A stretch of DNA of 64,000 nt from an uncultured Nitrososphaerota archaeon. GTDB taxonomy: Archaea > Asgardarchaeota > Njordarchaeia > Njordarchaeales > Njordarchaeaceae. A program made the position numbers and the translations under genes. Where the stretch lies: NCBI GenBank assembly GCA_964518475.1, contig CAZFGR010000008.1, forward strand, positions 11,228-75,227. The letters run 5' to 3'. Shown here piece after piece: positions 1 to 9,255 of this stretch. Below the pieces are notes generated by a model. That model saw only the letters and a list, made by a program, of their open reading frames with translations. It made no database searches and was not told the origin of the DNA. The stretch's first letter is position 1; each line of letters starts with the position of its first letter.

Positions 1-624
1 GTAGAGGGAATCGAGTTAAGAGTATTTCTCCTACGTGATGCTGCTACGAAACTCATGAAACTATACGATGGTGGACTAGATTCTTTGTTAAGAAGCACTG
101 ATAATTATCTCTACAAAGATCCAGATGGAGGATTTATCGAGAAATTAAGAATCTTCAGGGCTTATGAAGATCCCGTAGAGAAAAAGCCTTTGCTACTGGC
201 GAAGTTCTTAGAGCGTAGAGGAATTTTAAGAATAAGGGATCCCGAGAACAAACACGTGCCAGTGGATAATCACTTAGTGAGGATAGCGATTAGGACGGGA
301 CTTGTGAAAATAATTGATAAAAATCTCTACGAGACATTCCGTTGGAAAAGAGAAGCTTCTTGGGAAGAGGATGTAATTATTAGATTAGTGATAAGGAAAA
401 GTTATGACCTCGTTTCAAAAGAGGCTTCCATTGACCCATTCATACTAGATGACTTCTTATGGAGCTTTGGACGAACAGTTTGTTTACCAAGAAACCCTAG
501 ATGTGAATTATCTAACAAATATGACCCAGTAAAGTGTCCTCTAGCAGAGATCTGCGAAGCATATAGAGAAAACGAGAAGAAGACCTTGAGGGAACATCTA
601 TACTTCTCTACATGGTATTACTGA
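1..624 (+). CDS. HhH-GPD superfamily (EndoIII-like) protein with C-terminal Fe-S cluster loop, 5'-partial
   Basis: The frame is open from base 1. It has the PVDNHLVRIAIRTG motif, LDDFLWSFGRTVC, and a C-terminal C-x6-C...CPL-x3-C cluster loop. Confidence 0.65.
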   Translation, partial: VEGIELRVFLLRDAATKLMKLYDGGLDSLLRSTDNYLYKDPDGGFIEKLRIFRAYEDPVEKKPLLLAKFLERRGILRIRDPENKHVPVDNHLVRIAIRTGLVKIIDKNLYETFRWKREASWEEDVIIRLVIRKSYDLVSKEASIDPFILDDFLWSFGRTVCLPRNPRCELSNKYDPVKCPLAEICEAYRENEKKTLREHLYFSTWYY

Positions 625-729
625 AAAAACATTCACTAACTCAAATCTTGTCAAGAATTTCTAGAGAGTCAGGCCTTTGGTTAAAAGAGGGATAGATTTT
701 TTAGAATAGTTTTATCACAAGCCTAATAG

Positions 730-1389
730 GTGAGGGCTATGGAGGAGTCGGTAGAAAGGTTGAAAGAGGAGATTGTTAAGGTCGGGAAATATCTGCTTGA
801 TAAGGATCTTACGATAGGTTCTTCAGGTAATATAAGTGTGAGGGTTCGAGAGAAGGAACTTGTCTTGATAACACCTAGTGGCGTGCCCTTTGATATCATG
901 AAACCTAATGATATAGTAGTTGTGGACATGAATGGGGAGGTAGTGGAAGGGGAGCGAAACCCGTCAACAGAAATGCCTACTCATCTCAGGATATATAAGG
1001 AGAGGAAAGATGTAAACGCTATTATTCACGCCCACGCAATCTATACAGGAGCACTCGCAGCCACTCACACATCAATCCCAGCAGTACTTGATGAGATGAT
1101 ACTTTATCTGGGTGGCGAAGTTGAAGTGGCGGAGTATGCACCACCAGGAACTGAGGAATTAGCTGAGAACGCCGTAAAGGCGCTTGGTAGAAAAAAAGCG
1201 GTCATTCTAGCTAATCATGGCGTACTAGTTTGTGGAAAGGATTTAAAGGACACATTAGAGATTCTTCTCAGAGTTGAACGTGTTGCTAGAATCTATATCC
1301 TATCAAAAATCATTGGAGAGCCTAAGAAATTGCCTAAAGAAGCTATAGAGCATGAGTTAGAGATATACGAGTTGCTCCTAGAGGGTTAG
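730..1389 (+). CDS. Class II aldolase/adducin family (L-fuculose-phosphate aldolase-like)
   Basis: Zn-binding motifs SGNIS, PSTEMPTH, IIHAH and ILANHG. Confidence 0.9.
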   Translation: MRAMEESVERLKEEIVKVGKYLLDKDLTIGSSGNISVRVREKELVLITPSGVPFDIMKPNDIVVVDMNGEVVEGERNPSTEMPTHLRIYKERKDVNAIIHAHAIYTGALAATHTSIPAVLDEMILYLGGEVEVAEYAPPGTEELAENAVKALGRKKAVILANHGVLVCGKDLKDTLEILLRVERVARIYILSKIIGEPKKLPKEAIEHELEIYELLLEG

Positions 1390-1393
1390 GGGT

Positions 1394-2362
1394 ATGGAGT
1401 ATGCGGAACTTGGTAGAACGGGTATAAAAATCTCTAGGATTGGGATAGGAACTTGGCAGTGGGGCTCGTCTTCATGGGGTTATGGAAAAGAATATACTGA
1501 GGAAGATCTTAGACAAGCTTTCGAAACGGCTATTGAGTATGGGATAAACTTTATTGATACGGCAGAGATGTATGGAGGAGGAAAGAGCGAAGAACTCATA
1601 GGAGAGTTTATGGAAGGGAGAAGAGAAGAGGTAATAGTCGCTTCCAAGGTATCGCCTAACCACTTAACTTACCGAGGCGTTTTGAAAGCTTTTGAATGCA
1701 GCAGTATAAGACTGAGAACAGATTATATCGACTTGTACTATGTACACTGGCCGAATCCACTCATCCCAATGAAGTGGACCGCTAAGGCGTTTCTAGAACT
1801 ATTGGAACAAGGTAAGATAAGAGCAATAGGGGTCAGTAACTTTAGTTTGAAGAGGATGATAAAGTTTAACGAATTAGTCGGGAATCAGCTTGCAGCTAAT
1901 CAGGTAGAATATAACTTGCTTCATAGAGAGCCCGAGAAGGATCTCCTCCCCTATTGCTTAGAACATGGAATCACTCTAGTCGCCTATAGTCCCCTAGCAA
2001 AAGGTGCAGTTCTAGGCAAGTATAATGAGAAAAGCCTCCCAAAAGATTTTTGGAGAAGACTTAGCACGATTTTTACTCCAGTCAATATGAGGAGACTACG
2101 ACCGTTGATAAATACTATAAAGGAGATAGCCGATAACTATGGCGTAAAACCAGTGAATGTTGTTCTTAGATACTTGATAGATAAAGGTGCTATACCTATA
2201 ATCGGTGTCAAGAGGAAGAGCCATGTAGAGGATCTAGTCCTAACCTTTGACTTTAACATGACCAGTGACGAGAGAAAGCTTTTAGAAGAAAAATTAGATA
2301 GTTTGAGACTTGTTAGATGGAGAGCTTATCCTTGGGTTATAAAAAGGGTTATAAAACCCTAA
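1394..2362 (+). CDS. Aldo/keto reductase
   Basis: GIGTWQWG, FIDTAEMYG, IDLYYVHWP, GVSNF, NQVEY, AYSPL. Confidence 0.93.
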   Translation: MEYAELGRTGIKISRIGIGTWQWGSSSWGYGKEYTEEDLRQAFETAIEYGINFIDTAEMYGGGKSEELIGEFMEGRREEVIVASKVSPNHLTYRGVLKAFECSSIRLRTDYIDLYYVHWPNPLIPMKWTAKAFLELLEQGKIRAIGVSNFSLKRMIKFNELVGNQLAANQVEYNLLHREPEKDLLPYCLEHGITLVAYSPLAKGAVLGKYNEKSLPKDFWRRLSTIFTPVNMRRLRPLINTIKEIADNYGVKPVNVVLRYLIDKGAIPIIGVKRKSHVEDLVLTFDFNMTSDERKLLEEKLDSLRLVRWRAYPWVIKRVIKP

Positions 2363-4188
2363 GCACCTTCCCATAATAGCTCTGCCAAATCCCTTAAGCC
2401 TAATTTTTCTAGCACTTCTTTCTTAGGTTTTCCAGTATCCCAGTCCCATCCTCGCAACTTATAGTACTCCATTAAAGCAGTTTCTAGTTGATCTTTAGGA
2501 GATTGCCCAGCAATAGCCCCCTTCTCGTAGGGTTTTAAGACGATTTCTGGTAGTGAGTCATCTTTTCTAGATATTCCATATAGGTTGTTTATACCTCTTT
2601 TCAAATTATAGATACGCTCTCCGATATTGTATAGTTTTTCTGGAGAAAAGTCCCACCCTGTGGCTAAGCTAAGTAGCTTAGAGATCTCTTTAGATGTTAG
2701 GTTTGTAAAGATGCACAAAATCAGGGAATTGAAGACTTCTCTAAGATTTTGAATCCCGATTATACTTGGGACTCTCTCAATGAGATTTTGTTGTTCTCCC
2801 AGAGTTAGATTGAAATATTCATCCTCTAACACTCCCATATCAACTGTGTAAGCATCTCCCCTTAAGTGGCATGCTCCTCTATTACCTGTCATGTAAACTA
2901 ATGCCATGCTAAAGAATGCTCTTGGATCATGCATGGGTATCTCCAAACCCTTCACGTGAGCTGCTTCATTGGCGTTGATACCGAGTTTCTCAGCAATATT
3001 CTTAACACCCTCCGCTAGCAAGTCCCCAATATCTTCCCGATACGCAATCTTCTTAATAACCTCTATCAACCCGTCACCATCTCCCCAAGAAATCCTGATT
3101 TTCTCTCTATTAAATACTCCTTTTTCAATCAAGTAGTTTAGGAAACTAATGCTTACCCCAGTTGAGATCGTGTCTAATCCAAGATCATTACAGAGATGAT
3201 TGGCTAGGACAATCTTCTCAATATCCATCACCAGATTTAGTGACCCAAGAGCAGCTAAGGTTTCGTATTCAGGACCATGAACTATTTTCTCGCCCAATCT
3301 AATCTCTCTACCACAACCAATAGGGCATGCGAAGCAAGCTTTTGGCCTCACTTGGAATAATTCATTTAGTTTCGACCCAGAAAGGCTCTCTGGGTCAAAA
3401 TCTAGACTCGTAAAATATTTTCCCGGAATATCGCCTAATTCGTATCCGACCTCGAAGTAACTCGCAGTACCTAATTCTCTTAGCGTTCTGGATACTAGCG
3501 AATCAGCGATTTCCTTGAATAAATTTCGGGCATACTCATAGAATTCTGATGAGTATACTTGGATACTCTTCTCCCCTCTTACCGCTATAGCTTTCAGGTT
3601 CTTCCAACCCATAACAGCGCCAAGTCCCGTTCTCCCAGCAGCTCTTCCATCATCATTTATAATAGCCGCGTACTTAACTAAGTTTTCACCTGCGGGCCCG
3701 ATGCATGCGATTCTGAATTCCTTACCGTGGTTCTTCTTGATGATTTTCATTGTTTCATAGACTCCTAGGCCCCATAATTCTTCCCCATCCTCAAAGATAA
3801 CATCCTCTCCATCGATAAGAATATATACAGGCTTCTCGCTCTTGCCCACGAACATTAATCCGTCATACCCCGTTCTCCTCAATTCTGCTCCAAAGAACCC
3901 ACCGGAAGTAGCCTCTCCTAAGATCCCTGTAAGAGGCGAGAGTGAAATCACTGCATGCCTGCCGCTAGCAGGGGCTAGAGTCCCAGTTAAGGGACCAGTC
4001 ATAAATATTAATGGATTTTCCTCAGAGAAAGGAGCGACTTTTTGGCCTCTTGTGTATTTGAGAAAAAGATATGCTCCTAGTCCTGCGCCGCCAATAAAGT
4101 TTTTAAGCATGTTTTCTTTGAGTTCTAGGATCTCTAGATTTTTCTTAGATAAATTAATTATAAGGATTTTTCCATGATAGCCGTACAT
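2359..4188 (-). CDS. aor: Tungsten aldehyde:ferredoxin oxidoreductase family
   Basis: GRTGLGAVMGWKNLKA, CFACPIGC, PEYET, GLDTIS, RGACH. Confidence 0.93.
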   Translation of the reverse strand: MYGYHGKILIINLSKKNLEILELKENMLKNFIGGAGLGAYLFLKYTRGQKVAPFSEENPLIFMTGPLTGTLAPASGRHAVISLSPLTGILGEATSGGFFGAELRRTGYDGLMFVGKSEKPVYILIDGEDVIFEDGEELWGLGVYETMKIIKKNHGKEFRIACIGPAGENLVKYAAIINDDGRAAGRTGLGAVMGWKNLKAIAVRGEKSIQVYSSEFYEYARNLFKEIADSLVSRTLRELGTASYFEVGYELGDIPGKYFTSLDFDPESLSGSKLNELFQVRPKACFACPIGCGREIRLGEKIVHGPEYETLAALGSLNLVMDIEKIVLANHLCNDLGLDTISTGVSISFLNYLIEKGVFNREKIRISWGDGDGLIEVIKKIAYREDIGDLLAEGVKNIAEKLGINANEAAHVKGLEIPMHDPRAFFSMALVYMTGNRGACHLRGDAYTVDMGVLEDEYFNLTLGEQQNLIERVPSIIGIQNLREVFNSLILCIFTNLTSKEISKLLSLATGWDFSPEKLYNIGERIYNLKRGINNLYGISRKDDSLPEIVLKPYEKGAIAGQSPKDQLETALMEYYKLRGWDWDTGKPKKEVLEKLGLRDLAELLWEGA

Positions 4189-4206
4189 GATGTATAGTCC
4201 CCCTTA

Positions 4207-5718
4207 CTACAAGTGTTTATTAACTCTCTCATAATAGTCACGCCAATCCATATATTTATTTCTCAAGGCACTTACTTTATCATCGTCTGGTTTTATCTCC
4301 TTACAAGGTACTAGGGTCTTCAACGCTTCTTCAATACTTGAGAATATGCCTGCGTTGGTATATATTATGGCAGCACATGCGAGAGCCGAACCATTATGTT
4401 TAGAGGTTACTCTACATTTCTCTCCCAATGCTGATGCTAGTAGGGTATTAAAACCACCTATTCTAGTAACTCCACCCGTTAATCCTACGCTCGATTCTTT
4501 TCTTCCTATAATTTCCCTGACTTGTTCTATATTACCTATCAATGCAAATACTAATGATTCTACAAAACCATAGGCTAAAGTCTCTAGAGTCTCTTTCTTC
4601 CCAAACGGAATGGATGGATTAGGAAGAATTATCGTGGAAAAGATTTTATAATCCATCATACGGCTAGAGTCCATTATATTTTCCCCAAAATAGAACTTGG
4701 CTAAAGACTGTTCTGGTGCGGCTTTTTCTATAACGTTACTTAGCCACTTGTACGGCTCTTCTAGCTCTTTTAGAAAGCTTTTTATAAACCAATCAATAAG
4801 TCCACCAAAGGTTCCAGTATTGCTTTCGACAACCCACTTGCTTTCCATTATATACTTCTCGGTCCATAATCTCCTCTTGGGATCTACTACTGGTTTATCA
4901 TAGATGCCTTGTACAGGAGCGGTATACCCAATAACGCAACCCACATCTCCAACATCAAACGCTTGAGTAGCCAGAGTCCCGAACTGTGTGTCTCCTCCCC
5001 CTAAGAAGACTGGAACATCTCTAAAGATATGGAGCTTATCTTTTACGTCCTCTCTCAGGTACCCAGCTAGTTCTCCAGTTCTTTTTATCTCTGGTAACAA
5101 GCTACCCTCAATCCCAAATATTGATAAAATTTCCTTGTCCCATTTGCAACTTTTGATATTCATGAGCATTGTGGCCGAGGAAATAGTTGGTTCTGTTAAA
5201 AATTCACCCGTCAAGAGATATATTATAGCATCGTGAATAGACATTATTTTGTCTATCTTCTCCACTAATTCTTTTTCATTCTCCACAAACCACATATAAC
5301 GATAAGGCGTGAATAGGAATGGTGGATAGTGGCCAGTTTTATTATAGATCTTCTCTAGATCTTCGCTAGATAATTGAAAATCAACTAGTGCTCCTCTAGA
5401 ATCAATATTTGGCCCAAAGTACAGTATATTATCATCCTTGTCCATGAACACAGCGTTCATTCTCTGGGAAATACATGAGATCCCGACTAGCTTCTCTCTG
5501 CTCTCTCCAACCTCCATAAAGAGTTCATTAATCAATCCTATTAGTAAGTCTCCTAGGTTTTTTTCCCCATATTCTATAACATTAGGAAAGAGTTCGTCAG
5601 ATACGATGGTCCATCGCTTTAATACACTTGCTAACGTGTTTCCTTCCTTATCTATCAGAAACATTTTCAAGGCACTGGATCCAGCATCGATTATTAGAAC
5701 AAGCTTCTCCTTTTTCAC
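4207..5718 (-). CDS. FGGY-family carbohydrate kinase
   Basis: IIDAGSSALK, GGGDTQ, LTGG; 503 aa. Confidence 0.88.
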   Translation of the reverse strand: MKKEKLVLIIDAGSSALKMFLIDKEGNTLASVLKRWTIVSDELFPNVIEYGEKNLGDLLIGLINELFMEVGESREKLVGISCISQRMNAVFMDKDDNILYFGPNIDSRGALVDFQLSSEDLEKIYNKTGHYPPFLFTPYRYMWFVENEKELVEKIDKIMSIHDAIIYLLTGEFLTEPTISSATMLMNIKSCKWDKEILSIFGIEGSLLPEIKRTGELAGYLREDVKDKLHIFRDVPVFLGGGDTQFGTLATQAFDVGDVGCVIGYTAPVQGIYDKPVVDPKRRLWTEKYIMESKWVVESNTGTFGGLIDWFIKSFLKELEEPYKWLSNVIEKAAPEQSLAKFYFGENIMDSSRMMDYKIFSTIILPNPSIPFGKKETLETLAYGFVESLVFALIGNIEQVREIIGRKESSVGLTGGVTRIGGFNTLLASALGEKCRVTSKHNGSALACAAIIYTNAGIFSSIEEALKTLVPCKEIKPDDDKVSALRNKYMDWRDYYERVNKHL

Positions 5719-6722
5719 GTTTTCAGAGCCTCCTTATTGTAGAGAAATTTCGGTTTCTCTCCCTTCAAGATCCGTATTATGTCGTAGGCAATCATGTAGG
5801 AGTGAATCTTAATAGTCTCGTAACTAGCTCCACCGATATGGGGGGTCAGAACAACATTATCCAATTGGAGAAATCTATTAGTAGAATCTATGGGCTCCTC
5901 CGCAGAGACGTCCAAACCGGCACCAGCTATCCATCCCTCTTTGAGAGCCCTAAATAACGCATCCTCATCAACGACTACGGAACTAGCTGTGTTTATCAAG
6001 ATAGCATTATTCTTCATCTTTTTCAGTTCCTCTTCCCCGATCATATCGATTGTTTCCTCCGTCGGGGGAACATGAATCGTAACAATATCCGATTCTTGGA
6101 GAAGCTCTTCCAAAGAAACTCTTCTTGCCCTCACACATCTTATTTTTTCATCACTCACATAAGGATCATACACAAGCAGTTTTACACCGAAGCCTCTAAG
6201 CTTTTTAGCCACTCTATACCCTATCTTTCCAAGTCCTATAATACCAACAGTCTTCCCAGAGAGTTCTGCTCCTCTTAAACTTTCGTAAAATTCTGCGAAT
6301 TTCTCGAAAGAATCAATAACTATTTTCCCAGATCTAAGCAATCGATCAGCACGAATAATTTTTCTAAGAACAGCCAGCATTAGCGCAATAGTTAATTCAG
6401 CGACGGCATTAGCATTTCTCCCTGGCGTGTATAGAACATAAACTCCTTTCCTATTAGCCGCTTCAATGTCAATATTCTTGCTTGGATCATTCCTACAAAT
6501 ACCAATAATTCTTAGAGCCGTGTTATCTATTATTTTATCGGACACATATTCAAGCTCAACAACAAGTATATCACAAGAGTCCTTGTTGAGAATCTCTATA
6601 AGCTCTTTCTCCCCAAGAATCCGCTTACTCCTGATCCATGGATGATAAGATACCTTGATATCATTCTCCTCTAACAACTTAAGAGCTGACGAGTAAAACG
6701 GAGCGGTGATAAAAGCCTTCAT
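5715..6722 (-). CDS. D-isomer-specific 2-hydroxyacid dehydrogenase (SerA-like)
   Basis: PGRNANAVAE, GIIGLGKIG, YDPY, LINTA, GLDV, TPHIGG. Start taken at MKAFIT (6722) rather than 6779. Confidence 0.88.
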   Translation of the reverse strand: MKAFITAPFYSSALKLLEENDIKVSYHPWIRSKRILGEKELIEILNKDSCDILVVELEYVSDKIIDNTALRIIGICRNDPSKNIDIEAANRKGVYVLYTPGRNANAVAELTIALMLAVLRKIIRADRLLRSGKIVIDSFEKFAEFYESLRGAELSGKTVGIIGLGKIGYRVAKKLRGFGVKLLVYDPYVSDEKIRCVRARRVSLEELLQESDIVTIHVPPTEETIDMIGEEELKKMKNNAILINTASSVVVDEDALFRALKEGWIAGAGLDVSAEEPIDSTNRFLQLDNVVLTPHIGGASYETIKIHSYMIAYDIIRILKGEKPKFLYNKEALKT

Positions 6723-6744
6723 AGCAACACCGAAAAAAAAATAT

Positions 6745-7071
6745 TTAGAAAAGAACCTTGCGTAGTTTGAGAAGATCACTAGCAGAGCCTTTTATTTTTA
6801 TTTTTCCAGTCATGTAGGCTTTGACTGGACTCATAGACTTATTTATTACTTTTACGAAAGTTTCAGAATCCATCGTAATAGTGACGTCGGGTGCTTCAAT
6901 ACTTCCCGGCTCAAATTTCTTAAGCTCACCATTCTCAATCTCTAAAATATATGAAGCGTTCCTATCCGGGAAATTCAACAAGATAGTCTTTGAGAAACCA
7001 CTTAAAGAACTTTTAATACTGGGATCAGAAAAACGTTCCTTTACAATATTTATGGCTTCTTCAAAACTCAT
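6745..7071 (-). CDS. SCP2 sterol/lipid-binding domain protein
   Basis: SCP2 signature PDVTITM...PVKAYMTGKIKIKG..DLLKL. Confidence 0.88.
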   Translation of the reverse strand: MSFEEAINIVKERFSDPSIKSSLSGFSKTILLNFPDRNASYILEIENGELKKFEPGSIEAPDVTITMDSETFVKVINKSMSPVKAYMTGKIKIKGSASDLLKLRKVLF

Positions 7072-7290
7072 AAGGGTTCCCCACCTAATTAAACCGATTA
7101 AGGAACGAAATTCATAGGAAGATGATGGGTTATTGGTTTAAAAAATATAACTAACGACAGTTCTAAACTGATATACTTTTAACTCAGAAACAGAACTAGG
7201 AATAAAAAACTATTTCATATGTCGGGCAAATTCTAAATAGTATATAGAACTGGTTTAAGAGATACGAACAGAAGCTTATCAGTAAGGATA

Positions 7291-7542
7291 GTGAAAGAGA
7301 AAATTGTGAAGGTAGGAGAGCACTACACAATAGTTATTCCTAAAGAAATTAGGAGGGAGCTAGGAATAAAGAAGGGGCAATTAATAAGGGTTATCAGTGA
7401 TGGGAAAAGAATTATCTTAGAGCCTATTTTCGAGAACCCGTTCGAGATTTTCGAGAGAATCTTAGGAGACTTCGTATACTCCCGCGAAACGCGTAAAGAA
7501 GCTGAGGAAGAACTACTGAAAAACGCCCTAGAATTTGCTTAA
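7291..7542 (+). CDS. AbrB/MazE/SpoVT family antitoxin
   Basis: VGEHYTIVIPKEIRRELGIKKG; lies upstream of a PIN gene. Confidence 0.85.
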   Translation: MKEKIVKVGEHYTIVIPKEIRRELGIKKGQLIRVISDGKRIILEPIFENPFEIFERILGDFVYSRETRKEAEEELLKNALEFA

Positions 7543-7873
7543 AAAGATAAGAGATGGGGAATCAAGAAACGTATTTATCAGCGACACAGCTATTCTGGAG
7601 CTCGTAATGGTGCTGAAGGCTAAGGGGTTCACTATCGATGAGATGCTAACACTATTGGGCGCGCTTAAGGCGATTATGAGAAAATACTCTATTAAACAGG
7701 TCAAAACATTAGACTTGGATACACTCGTTCTAACACTGGAATTCATGAAAAGAGGAGCATCGCTCTTCGACGCATTACTAGCAGCATCCGCGAAATCTCT
7801 CGATAATACCATAATATCAGATGACAAAATCTACGACAGACTAGGCATTACTAGAATACCCCTCAGAAAATAG
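7535..7873 (+). pseudogene. vapC: PIN-domain (VapC) toxin lacking its N-terminal strand
   Basis: Retains ISDTAILE, FDALLAA and ISDDKIYD. The first catalytic D-T/S/N strand is absent. Confidence 0.7.
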
Positions 7874-7956
7874 TAAAGAATGTTCGTTACATAATCTAGA
7901 GAGCTTTTAGCATTGCCGTTTAAAAACAGGATACTTAGATAGCATTATAGCTTGTC

Positions 7957-8334
7957 TTAAGCAAGGATCGTTGAGATAGCAGTTTGCAGTATTCGCTTAA
8001 GTTTCTTTTTATTCAATGAGTATACTCGATATTTTCCAACTCTCTCTTCCCTGGTGATTCCCAATTTCTTTAACACGGATAAATTATGAGAGACGAGTGT
8101 TTGATCAACGTTTAAAATTGAGGTCAAAGCGCATACTGGGAGTGCTGCCTGGGATAGGAGTATTAAGATCAAGACCCTTATTCTATTTGAGAACAATTTT
8201 TTAATAAGCATTAATTCGTCGATGAGTTTATCATCCGGTTTCTTAAGGACCAAATCTTTAAGATAATTATAGATTTCTCCAGAGCACTTATCTCCAAACT
8301 TTTTCTTAACTACTTCAACTACATCTATTTTCAT
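7957..8334 (-). CDS. ArsR/SmtB family transcriptional regulator
   Basis: FSNRIRVLIL, LPVCAL, QTLVSHNLSVLK, ERVGKYRVYSL. Confidence 0.88.
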   Translation of the reverse strand: MKIDVVEVVKKKFGDKCSGEIYNYLKDLVLKKPDDKLIDELMLIKKLFSNRIRVLILILLSQAALPVCALTSILNVDQTLVSHNLSVLKKLGITREERVGKYRVYSLNKKKLKRILQTAISTILA

Positions 8335-8396
8335 TATTACCTCCTCTGTCTTAGCAATATATTCATTAAGTTTTAATTCCTAAATATAAAAGTATC

Positions 8397-8438
8397 TTCA
8401 TATGAAAAAAATCTCATATGAAAAAGATTTCATATAAG
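8397..8438. promoter_or_regulatory. Three TCATAT(G/A)A palindromic boxes at 16-bp spacing, putative ArsR operator
   Basis: TTCATATGAA (8397), CTCATATGAA (8413) and TTCATATAAG (8429) in the divergent arsR/tauE intergenic region. Confidence 0.65.
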
Positions 8439-8443
8439 AGAAA

Positions 8444-9247
8444 GTGAGAAAGATGAATCCTATATTATTCTGGATTTATATTTTAATTATTGCATTAGTG
8501 CCAGGTTTCTTAGCTACATGGTTAGGAGTAGGAGGATGTTTTCTTAGAATCCCAATGCTAATGTATTGGTTGGGATTAAACATAAAGCAAGCATACTTTG
8601 TGAATCAAGCAGTAATAGCCGTTACTACCATTCCGGGCGTAATAGAGCACTATAGGAAAAAACATATATATTTAAAAGGCACTATCATAGCAGGTATAAG
8701 TGCAGCGCTTGGCGTGAGTTTGGGAGCATATATAGTAGCAAAGTATTTACCAACCAATATCTTAAAGATAATTTTTGGTTTTGCATGTATTGGAATAGGC
8801 ATCTATGTAGCAAGAAACACCATAAAGATGCGCAAAAAACTTACCAAACGTATAACTATCCAAGAAACTAAGCAGTTAGAATGTGGTCCTAGATTAATCC
8901 TTTTAATGTTTTTAGCGGGATTTGCTACAGGAATCTGTGGGTTTGGAGGAGGTATATACTATCTCCCGATATATTTCTTTCTACAATACCCGACTCACGT
9001 AGCTATAGGAACCTCAAGCGCTCAAATGATTATTACTGCTAGCATAGGAGCCTCTGTACTGGCATATTATGGATTCATGAATATCCTTATACTCGTGTAT
9101 GTTGGAGTCTTCACCCTTATAGCCTCTTGGATAGGGGCACGTTTATCGGCTAAAACGATGCCATGGATTCTTAGGATAGTGTATGCGGTCTTAATAATTT
9201 TAGCAGGAGGATACGTAGCTATTGATGGGTTAACCCGTGTACTCTGA
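8444..9247 (+). CDS. Sulfite exporter TauE/SafE family membrane protein
   Basis: Duplicated GxGGx motifs (LGVGGC, CGFGGG), AIGTS, about 8 TM helices. Confidence 0.88.
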   Translation: MRKMNPILFWIYILIIALVPGFLATWLGVGGCFLRIPMLMYWLGLNIKQAYFVNQAVIAVTTIPGVIEHYRKKHIYLKGTIIAGISAALGVSLGAYIVAKYLPTNILKIIFGFACIGIGIYVARNTIKMRKKLTKRITIQETKQLECGPRLILLMFLAGFATGICGFGGGIYYLPIYFFLQYPTHVAIGTSSAQMIITASIGASVLAYYGFMNILILVYVGVFTLIASWIGARLSAKTMPWILRIVYAVLIILAGGYVAIDGLTRVL

Positions 9248-9255
9248 TTATTTTC

